Below, in pieces: positions 21,916-30,048 of a DNA stretch of 32,057 nucleotides (position 1 is the stretch's first letter; every line of letters begins with the position of its first letter). Where the stretch lies: NCBI GenBank assembly GCA_964388035.1, contig CAYLZE010000054.1, positions 1-32,057 on the forward strand. The letters run 5' to 3'. Under the pieces are notes generated by a model. The model saw nothing but the letters and a program-made list of their open reading frames with translations. It was not told the DNA's origin and made no database searches. This DNA comes from an uncultured archaeon. Its GTDB lineage: Archaea > Asgardarchaeota > Lokiarchaeia > Sigyniarchaeales > SOKP01. Made by a program: the position numbers and the translations under genes.

Positions 21916-22593
21916 ATGACTAAATCTCCAAGAAGTCAATATGAGATAAAGATTGTTCAAGATAAAATATTACAGAATGCTATGGATATTATCAAAGAAG
22001 AAGGTTTTAATATACTTTCAATGAGAAATCTTGCCTCCCGAATGAACATGTCAGCAACAAATCTCTATAGTTATTATTCAAATAAAGAGGGAATTCTTCT
22101 CGCATTAGAAATAAGGGCTTTTGAGGAGTTGTATCAAAAATTAATAAATTCCATTAAAAACAAAGAGAATCATTTTGAAAAGCTAAAGGCTTGTATTCGA
22201 GCTTATGTTGAATTTGGAACTGATCCTAATAATATTCACATATATGACTTGATGTTCAACAGATTTACACCCAAATTTGATGATTATATTGGTACTCCAC
22301 ATGAAAAACTTGCGAGATTTTCATCAGATCAGGCAAATAGAGGATTATTGGTTATTTTGCAATTAGTAACTGAATATGCTAATATAAATCCAAATCTGAA
22401 AGGAAAAAACCCAATTTTAACTACTTTACGATTATGGAGTGAAGTTCATGGTATCATTTCATTTTATAATAGTGGAATCCTATTGGAGCTTAGTCATATG
22501 ATAAATCTTAATAAAAGCAATTTAAATCCGAAATCAATATTAGATGAAGTGATTAAACAATTAATTTTTTCAATTGAAAAAGTAGAACCATGA
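21916..22593 (+). CDS. TetR/AcrR-family transcriptional regulator
   Basis: ILQNAMDIIKEEGFNILSMRNLASRMNMSATNLYSYYSNKEGIL HTH; WSEVHG (WHG-type C-terminal domain). Confidence 0.92.
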   Translation: MTKSPRSQYEIKIVQDKILQNAMDIIKEEGFNILSMRNLASRMNMSATNLYSYYSNKEGILLALEIRAFEELYQKLINSIKNKENHFEKLKACIRAYVEFGTDPNNIHIYDLMFNRFTPKFDDYIGTPHEKLARFSSDQANRGLLVILQLVTEYANINPNLKGKNPILTTLRLWSEVHGIISFYNSGILLELSHMINLNKSNLNPKSILDEVIKQLIFSIEKVEP

Positions 22594-22667
22594 TATGCTG
22601 TATCACTATTATAAAATCATAGATTATTTAAAATTTAAGTCTTAAAAGCTAAGAAATTATATATAGA

Positions 22668-25600
22668 GTGAAAAAAATGGTAATAAAAAAAACAAAACAA
22701 AAAGAAAATTATATTAGCAAGAGTGTAGGGAAGTATCTAAATTTCTTTGTTAAGAAATTTAATAATGATCCTTCACTGCAAGATCAGCTTAAAAGTAAAT
22801 TTGGTTGGATTAATGCTTCAATTGGATATATTTCCGATGATGGAATGGTCGAAAAGGCGATAATAATAAAAGATGGAATATTAAGTGTAGAAGATCAAAT
22901 ACCTGAAAATTGTGACTTTAAGGTTATTTTTGCCGATCATAACTACATATTAGATGCTATTAGCGCAGGTTTTGAGCATACATTTCACCTAATTTTTAAT
23001 GGCGCCATCAGGTTCGAAGGAAATGTATGTCTATACGGTTTTTGGGAGTACTTGGGAAGTCTTGTTTTAGGTGAGCAACAACAAAAAGATATTGAAGCCG
23101 AAATTGAAGAACATAAAAAGCTTAATCGTGAAATTGGAAAAAACGTTGACATTTCTGGTAGACAAGCGAGAAAAGAACGAAAAATGCAAAGACTCCATGG
23201 AAAGAAAGTAGATTTAGGTGTAAAGTATTTAGATGATCCTTATCTATCAAAATATTCACTTGAAGACTTTCCTCGGTTAAAAAAATTCCGTGAGGATTTT
23301 TTCAAAACTAAACTTGTAGTATCACCAGAATATGGTAAATTAATAACTGATTTTTTTGTTGATGATGGTTATGATGTCAATAAAGAAGGGTTACCTTGGA
23401 ATTCTTCTTTAGATAGAGCTCGTTGTTTTCAATATCTAATGAAGAATAAAAAACCAGTGATACGGAAAAATGATTTACTAGCAGGTTCATATACACCTGA
23501 TCCTATACGGGGGATGGTATGTCATCCTCAATCTGTTGCACCTTATTTATGGGGAGAATTGAAATCATGTGATAAAAGAGAGTTATTTCCTTATGAGATT
23601 AGTGAGGATACTATTGAAACATTTCACAAATATATCTTTCCTTTTTGGGTAAAAAAAACGATTGAACACACCTGGAATATAGAATTTGATGATTCATTAC
23701 CTTTAGAAATTCATCAACGCTTTTTTGCTATATTTTATTGGAAGATAGTTTCAATAATGGAGATCACACCAAGCTATGAAACCTTGTTAATAAAGGGATT
23801 GAATGGGATCAGAGATGAAATAAATCTTAAATTAGAAAAAGATCCTGATATAGACGATCAGCAAAAGAGTACTCTAAAAGCAATGAAGATTGCTCTAAAT
23901 GGAGTTGCGGAGTACTCACATAATTTAGCCCTATTAGCTTTAGAACTCTCTCAACGAGAAGATGATTTGAAACGTAAAAATGAAATAATAAAGATGCATA
24001 AAATTCTGTTAAAAGTTCCAAATCAACCCGCAGATTCATTGGAAGAAGCAATTCAATCTATTATAATAATGCATATTGTTCTTGGATTAGAGAATTTTGA
24101 TGATGGCCCTTCATTTGGTCGATTAGATCAAATACTACAACCATATTTTGAAAGGGATATGCAAAAACTAAAGACAGAAGAAGAAAAAGAGAATTATCTT
24201 CATCATGTCATTGAATTATTGGGTTGTTTATTTATGAAGGAGGCTAGCCACGAGATTATTCAACCTGATTTTAGTAATTATCAAAATTCAGGAAGTCCAC
24301 CCAATGCCACTATTACTGTTGGAGGAGTAACTCCAAATGGAAAGGATGCTGTTAACGATATGTCTTATATACTTCTTAAATTGACAGAAATACTTACATT
24401 AAACAATCCTAATGTACACGCTAGATATAAAACAGGAATAAATAGTCGTGAATTTCTGAAGCGAGTTTGCGAGGTAAATTTTATAACTGGTTCAACACCA
24501 GCTATTCATGGGGATGATGCGATAATAACCGCTTTGGCAAGTCATGGATGGTCTTTAGAAGATGTTCGCAATTGGAACGCAACAGGATGTGTAGAACCCT
24601 CGTTAATGGGAAAACACTGCTCTGCTACATCTAGCTTAGAAATAAACCTCGTAGCACCTCTTGAGATGGCTTTTAACAATGGAAGACATCCCCGTATGAA
24701 CTGGAACGTTGGACCAAAGACCGGAGTTATTGAAGATAATGATTTTACATCATTTGAAGATTTTTGGCACGCATTCAAAACTCAAGTGGAATTTTTGCTA
24801 GAACAAAGTGTAATTGGGAATAACCAGCTTGGCCTAATTTATCAAAAACACTTAGCAGCGCCGCTATTATCTTCTCTTATTGAGGGTTGCATTAAAAATG
24901 CAAGTGGGGTAAATTTTGGCGGTGCTAAATATAATTCTTCAGGAGCTACAATGATTGGACTCACTGATGTAGTAGATTCTCTCATGGTTATAAAGAAACT
25001 TGTATATGACAATAAAATTGTATCATTTACCGAATTAAAAAGAGCTTTTGATAATAACTTTATAGGTTATGATAAAATTTTAGCTCTTATCAAATCTAAA
25101 GTTTCAAAATTTGGTTCTGGAGATGAAGAAGCTTTAGCGATCGCAAATCGTGTCACTAAAATGGTTAATACCTACTATCGTAATAAAGAAAATCATCGTG
25201 GTGGTAATTATAGAACCGGGTGGTGGAGTATGGCTAATCACACATTCTATGGTCGAGTAACTGCCGCATTACCATCCGGTAGGATGGAAGGAGAACCCTT
25301 TACTCCAGGATTAACACCACATCCGAGTGCTTCAACTAATTTATTAGATAATCTTCTAGATGTAGCTAAACTTGATCCCAAAACGCTTGATAATAATATC
25401 GCATTTAATGTGCGAATCACTCCTAGTCAAAAAAACAGCTACGAAGAAACGATCACTCATATGGTAGATTATGTTACAACTTTCTTTGAGAGTGGTGGTA
25501 TGCAAGTACAATTTAATGTGGTGAACACTGACACATTAAAAGATGCAATGGCCAATCCAGAGTTTTATCCAGACCTGATGGTACGAATTTCAGGTTACTG

Positions 25601-25670
25601 TGCTTTCTTTACAAAAATCCAGAGGGATCTTCAGTTAGAAGTTATTAGAAGATGCGAATATGAAATATAA
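22668..25670 (+). CDS. Glycyl radical enzyme (PFL2/dehydratase-like class) with N-terminal SCP2-like extension
   Basis: Cys loop ATGCVEP, Gly loop LMVRISGY, SFGRLDQIL, QFNVV; ~190-aa N-terminal extension; start may be ATG 22677. Confidence 0.9.
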   Translation: MKKMVIKKTKQKENYISKSVGKYLNFFVKKFNNDPSLQDQLKSKFGWINASIGYISDDGMVEKAIIIKDGILSVEDQIPENCDFKVIFADHNYILDAISAGFEHTFHLIFNGAIRFEGNVCLYGFWEYLGSLVLGEQQQKDIEAEIEEHKKLNREIGKNVDISGRQARKERKMQRLHGKKVDLGVKYLDDPYLSKYSLEDFPRLKKFREDFFKTKLVVSPEYGKLITDFFVDDGYDVNKEGLPWNSSLDRARCFQYLMKNKKPVIRKNDLLAGSYTPDPIRGMVCHPQSVAPYLWGELKSCDKRELFPYEISEDTIETFHKYIFPFWVKKTIEHTWNIEFDDSLPLEIHQRFFAIFYWKIVSIMEITPSYETLLIKGLNGIRDEINLKLEKDPDIDDQQKSTLKAMKIALNGVAEYSHNLALLALELSQREDDLKRKNEIIKMHKILLKVPNQPADSLEEAIQSIIIMHIVLGLENFDDGPSFGRLDQILQPYFERDMQKLKTEEEKENYLHHVIELLGCLFMKEASHEIIQPDFSNYQNSGSPPNATITVGGVTPNGKDAVNDMSYILLKLTEILTLNNPNVHARYKTGINSREFLKRVCEVNFITGSTPAIHGDDAIITALASHGWSLEDVRNWNATGCVEPSLMGKHCSATSSLEINLVAPLEMAFNNGRHPRMNWNVGPKTGVIEDNDFTSFEDFWHAFKTQVEFLLEQSVIGNNQLGLIYQKHLAAPLLSSLIEGCIKNASGVNFGGAKYNSSGATMIGLTDVVDSLMVIKKLVYDNKIVSFTELKRAFDNNFIGYDKILALIKSKVSKFGSGDEEALAIANRVTKMVNTYYRNKENHRGGNYRTGWWSMANHTFYGRVTAALPSGRMEGEPFTPGLTPHPSASTNLLDNLLDVAKLDPKTLDNNIAFNVRITPSQKNSYEETITHMVDYVTTFFESGGMQVQFNVVNTDTLKDAMANPEFYPDLMVRISGYCAFFTKIQRDLQLEVIRRCEYEI

Positions 25671-26613
25671 CAATAATTCTTTTAATGAATTTAATAAACC
25701 CCTAGTAATTGATATTAAGGTTAATTCATTAGATGATGGTCCAGGTATTCGTACGGTGATTTTCTTTAAAGGATGCAATCTTGATTGCATTTGGTGCCAA
25801 AATCCGGAGAGTAAATCATCAGCTATAGAATTATTATACGAACGAGATAAATGTATTGGGTGCAACAGCTGTATCGATTCTTGTACTCTAAATGCTATCT
25901 CTCCTGAAAATGAGTTTTTTGTTGATCGAACAAAGTGTACACTTTGTCTTGAATGTGTTAAAGCATGTCCATCTACCGCATTAAGCATAATTGGAAAAGA
26001 AATGATGGTTAATGACATAATCCATAAAATAATAAAATATAAACCTTTTTATGATATATCTGGTGGTGGAGTAACGCTTTCTGGAGGTGAACCAACTCTT
26101 TCATTGGAATTTATTTCAAAACTTCTAAAAAAACTAAAATCAGAAGGAATAGATACCCTTATCGAGACTAATGGTCTGTTTGATTTTAGAAGATTTAAAT
26201 CTTTAATTCTTCCATTTCTTGATGTTATTTATATGGATATCAAATTCATTAATCAAGAAGTTCATAAAAAATATTGTGGTGTTTCTAATAAAGTTATTCT
26301 TGAGAACTTCAGTAAACTTTTAGACCTTTCAAGTTGTGGAAAATTCACGATAATTCCACGCACTCCTTTAATTCCCAATATTACTGATACTGATGAAAAT
26401 GTACAGTCTATAATCCAGTTCTTAAAAAAAAATGAAGTACATACGGCATCAATTCTAAAAAATAATCCACTATGGTTAGAGAAATGTGATAAACTTGGTA
26501 TTTCACACCCGCTCCAAAATGATCATTCTGTATGTGAATTCTATAACCCTGACAAATATGAAAAGATAAAGGCAATTTTTCAGGCATCAAACATTGATTT
26601 AATAGAATCTTAA
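25660..26613 (+). CDS. Glycyl-radical enzyme activating enzyme (radical SAM with 2x[4Fe-4S] ferredoxin insert)
   Basis: DGPGIRTVIFFKGCNLDCIWCQNPES, CIGCNSCIDSC / CTLCLECVKACP, GGVTLSGGEP; overlaps GRE stop by 11 bp. Confidence 0.95.
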   Translation: MKYNNNSFNEFNKPLVIDIKVNSLDDGPGIRTVIFFKGCNLDCIWCQNPESKSSAIELLYERDKCIGCNSCIDSCTLNAISPENEFFVDRTKCTLCLECVKACPSTALSIIGKEMMVNDIIHKIIKYKPFYDISGGGVTLSGGEPTLSLEFISKLLKKLKSEGIDTLIETNGLFDFRRFKSLILPFLDVIYMDIKFINQEVHKKYCGVSNKVILENFSKLLDLSSCGKFTIIPRTPLIPNITDTDENVQSIIQFLKKNEVHTASILKNNPLWLEKCDKLGISHPLQNDHSVCEFYNPDKYEKIKAIFQASNIDLIES

Positions 26614-26647
26614 TCATTAATAAAAATCCGTGTTATGAAATATTTGG

Positions 26648-26953
26648 TCAAATTAATAATATTGGAAATCGCATTTCCATTGCTATTTCCTTCTCAATTA
26701 TCTCATTTAACAAATTCTCCCGTTCCGTTCCCGCAAGAATTTCTAATTTTCTAATACCTAACGAATCTACTTTTTCTCTTAGAGTTCTGATCTCCTTAAC
26801 TACTGGAGGTTTCGTTTCCTTTAAATCGTCAGGAATTATTAAATCAAAGCCAGTTGAGTTTTTCACATCCTCAATATCAATTCCAGGATGAATGCTCCCG
26901 ATTTTCATTTGTTTGGAAGAATTATCGAAATCTAGGTATACTAAATTTTTAGA
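26648..26953 (-). pseudogene. 3' fragment of a family I CoA-transferase beta subunit
   Basis: NLVYLDFD..KQMKIGSIHPGIDIEDVKNSTGFDL..ETKPP matches the typical C-terminus; in-frame TGA at 26956-26954 removes the N-terminal catalytic part. Confidence 0.7.
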
Positions 26954-27093
26954 TCATATTTAAAGAGATATAATTCATCCTATTTCAATTATGAATGGAA
27001 CTTCCAAAGTTTTTGATACTTCAATATCTTGTATCTTTTTAGGTAGATCATCCTTACTGTAATTTTTTTTTAAAAATTTTTCCACCATTTTTC

Positions 27094-27366
27094 GTGAAAG
27101 TCGAAATATTTAGGATATTTCGTGCGGGAGAATTGATACGGGAATTTGACAACCCCATCCCAATGGTCGGACAAGTAAGGCAAGTCGGTGGCTCGTTAAA
27201 GGTCACGCTCCCGAAACACGTTAAGGCAATTTTAACGGATTTACACGACGATGATAATTTAATCGTGAACATCGAAAAGCAAGAATACCCCTGTTTTTCC
27301 TTTTTTTCTCTTTTTTTTGGTGAAATGCATTCATTCGTGAAGAGTGCATGGGTTTACACATTATAA
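27094..27366 (+). pseudogene. AbrB/MazE/SpoVT-like DNA-binding domain fragment with low-complexity tail
   Basis: GQVRQVGGSLKVTLPKHV..L.LHDDDNLIVNIE swapped-hairpin pattern; C-terminus runs into poly-T-derived sequence. Confidence 0.45.
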
Positions 27367-27535
27367 AAATGAAGAGAAGAGACTTGCTTTTCCCCTTTCA
27401 ATGATAATAAAAGATAATGTTTTATTATTTGTTCATTTATCGTGAGAAATGGTTTCAAGAATAATTTTGAATGATGAAATTTCATTTAATCAAAATCAAT
27501 TGATTCAATCAATTATTTTTAAAGAATAAAGAAAT

Positions 27536-27766
27536 TTACTCTTCTATGGGAGCAGCAACAGCGACGGGGACAGCTTGTTCTTGTTGAGCTTGTTCGGGAG
27601 CAGGAACTGCAGTACCTCCCTTTCCAAAAATCATATGAAAAATTCCCTGGGCCAATTTATAAAAGAAAAGAACGTTATATTTCAACAAATAATATATTCC
27701 TTTCAAAATGTAATAAATTAAATATGCTGTACCCAAAAGAACATAATAGACAATCGCAATAACAAG
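27536..27766 (-). pseudogene. 5'-truncated paralogous copy of the 28587-29132 membrane protein, lacking the zinc ribbon
   Basis: GTAYLIYYILKGIYYLLK..QGIFHMIFGKGGTAVPAPEQAQQEQ nearly identical to the downstream gene; DNA similarity stops at AACAAG 27766. Confidence 0.75.
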
Positions 27767-28387
27767 TATGCCTCAGGAATATCATTAGTTTTAGCCCAAG
27801 CAAAATATTGGTCTCAAGTCCCGCGGGAACAACGTCCATTCAATTTGATGTTTTTAATCAATGGTGCACATATGGCAGGAGGAGCGGGAGCAGAGGCATT
27901 TGCTGAGAAAAATAAGGATCTTTTAAAGAAAGTTGTTGTCGGAATTCATTTAGAACATGTTGCGCGAGATGTGAGGTGTGAAAACGGCAAATTAGTTCCT
28001 TTAGATGATCCAACCGTGCGATGGTGGTTCGTTAGTCGCATCCTTCCGCTTGAAGAAATTACCGAAGAAGCAATCATCAATGAAGATTTACGTCGTTCCA
28101 TTTTTTTACCACCAGATGGAATAGTCCCTGGAATGGATAAACCCCCTACTGATGGAAGTTTTTACCAATTAGCAGAAGTACCTTTTGTATCCTTTTTAAC
28201 TGCTCCTCCATACTTATTTGACTGTTCCGATATCATGGATAAAATACACGAAGAGAGCTTCGAACCTCTTACAAGAGCAGTAATTCATATCATTAATGGA
28301 TTAAAAGGATTTACTGCGGAAAGTTTGAGAAACCAAAATTTAACTAAAAGAGAAAGAATGCGAATAAGGAAAAAACAAAGCAAATAA
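27767..28387 (+). pseudogene. C-terminal half of the interrupted M28-family peptidase
   Basis: In-frame upstream of the tracked ORF: (Y)ASGISLVLAQAKYWSQVPREQRPFNLMFL; then HLEH, PPTDG, D.MDKI. Confidence 0.7.
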
Positions 28388-28586
28388 ATATAACAATTAT
28401 CTAGTAAGTGGAAGTAGAATGGACTCGTGTTCAACCTAAGGAATGAAAATTCCACTAAAAAAATATTTTCAAATTTTTTATATTCTTGTTTCTCAATAAT
28501 GAAAAAGAATTCGGGTTAAATATTCGTAAATAATTAATATGTACAATACTGAGAAAAAATGAAAAGAAAAGAAAAAAAAAATAAAA

Positions 28587-29132
28587 TTATGCTTCCACTT
28601 TGGGCTCTTGGGGTTTAATACCCTTGCCGCAATACTCACAATACACCCTGCCATTCACTTTAAGGTATTCAACCATTTTAGAAGTGTAGGGCATTCCGCA
28701 TTCGGAACAGAAACGGGTTTGTGAGCTTTCTTCTTCTACAACAGGAGTTTTGGAAACAATTTGCTCTTCTACAGGTGTAGCAGTAGCGACAGGTATTGGT
28801 TGCTCTTGTTGAGCTTGTTGGGGGGCAGGGACTGCTGTACCCCCCTTTCCAAATATCATGTGATAAATTCCTTGGGCTAATTTATAAAAGAAAAGAACTA
28901 TACCTTTCAACAAATAATAAAGTCCTTTCAAGATGTAATATATTAAATAAGCAGTACCCAAAAGAACGTAATAGACAATCGCAAGAACAAGCGCAAGAAT
29001 AGCAATGATGCTGAGTACAATTAGTACTTGTCCAAACAGGGGCAAGCTAAAGTACCAATTCGCGAATTCTTCTCCTGTCAAACTATATCCTCCATAATTA
29101 AATCCATTCCAATTTGCCATATTATTAACCAC
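28587..29132 (-). CDS. Membrane protein with Tyr-periodic helices and C-terminal zinc ribbon
   Basis: TM segment, YY..L.G repeats, Pro/Gln/Ala linker, FCSECG...YCEYCG. Confidence 0.8.
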   Translation of the reverse strand: MVNNMANWNGFNYGGYSLTGEEFANWYFSLPLFGQVLIVLSIIAILALVLAIVYYVLLGTAYLIYYILKGLYYLLKGIVLFFYKLAQGIYHMIFGKGGTAVPAPQQAQQEQPIPVATATPVEEQIVSKTPVVEEESSQTRFCSECGMPYTSKMVEYLKVNGRVYCEYCGKGIKPQEPKVEA

Positions 29133-29497
29133 CTTTAATGTGTAAACTTCATATTTATTTTCTTAAGTATAATACATTCTAATTATTACTTAAAAAATTT
29201 GGAGACCAATAATTAAAAAGGAGTCCAATATTTGAAGGAATAAAAAGTTGGAAAGAAGCTTAAAACAAATAACTTAAAAAAACGATCTATTTAATTTACC
29301 ACCAAGATACAGAAAATAGAGAACTAAAGATTTATTAATTTAATATATAAGTAATATTTCAGAAAATTGTCGGACTGATTCTTTTTATAATCTCTCTTTT
29401 CTTTATTTTCTTAGATTCTTCTTGAAGATTTGTTATTCTTCAAGTAAAATTTTTTGTATCTCAATCCTAAATAAAAAACGGATAACCTCATAAAAGA

Positions 29498-29929
29498 ATG
29501 TACGATTCTATTAAAGATTTTAAAGAAAAAAAGTATACGGGAATGAGGGTGGGAGGAACTCATGCCTGGAATTATAATGAAGGAAAATGGTGGGAAACGA
29601 AAAAATCTCCCGACGAATGGGATATAAAATTTGAATGCATTAAGACGCGCATGAAAGCTGCTCCCATTAATAGTGGAGCAGGAATTGGTTCAACATTTCA
29701 TTGGTATATTTTAGCTGATCAAATTGCGACTAAACTTGATACTAATTCCTACATGACCGTAATGGAAGGGTTGAAATTTAAGTTGGGGCATAAACGCCCA
29801 CATTGGAAGAGCTTTAGTTATGAATATCCTAAACAACTTAGTTATAAAGAGCGTGTTATTCAAATTTTAGAAGAGACTCTAAAGCGATTAAAAAATGACT
29901 CTTCTCAACCTGATATTTTGTCTTTTTAA
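29498..29929 (+). CDS. Conserved hypothetical protein (aromatic-rich, beta-rich)
   Basis: 143-aa ORF with YTGMRVGGTHAWNY..GKWWETK, FHWYILADQ, GLKFKLGHKR. Confidence 0.75.
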   Translation: MYDSIKDFKEKKYTGMRVGGTHAWNYNEGKWWETKKSPDEWDIKFECIKTRMKAAPINSGAGIGSTFHWYILADQIATKLDTNSYMTVMEGLKFKLGHKRPHWKSFSYEYPKQLSYKERVIQILEETLKRLKNDSSQPDILSF

Positions 29930-30048
29930 TGTTATTCTTTACTCTTTTAAAGTGAATATTGTCCGTCCATATAGAAATTCCTTACATTATTAATTCTTTT
30001 TTTGGAAGTTTAATTTAAGAATATTATATAATAAGAAAGGTAGACTAA

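Larger units (their letters stand above)
21692..27766. other. Putative inserted/rearranged segment (~6.1 kb) interrupting the M28 peptidase; no mobility gene
   Basis: Flanked by two halves of one peptidase family and by TATGC at 21687-21691 and 27767-27771; contains the GRE locus plus gene fragments. Confidence 0.5.

Noticed and set aside
22668-25670. Annotation as pyruvate formate-lyase (pflB) or alkyl/benzylsuccinate synthase
   Set aside because: Single Cys in GCVEP rather than Cys-Cys, activase has a ferredoxin insert, and no small beta/gamma subunit genes are adjacent.
21692-27766. Bona fide transposon or integrative element
   Set aside because: No transposase/integrase, no terminal inverted repeats and no tRNA target seen; only a 5-bp match at the junctions.
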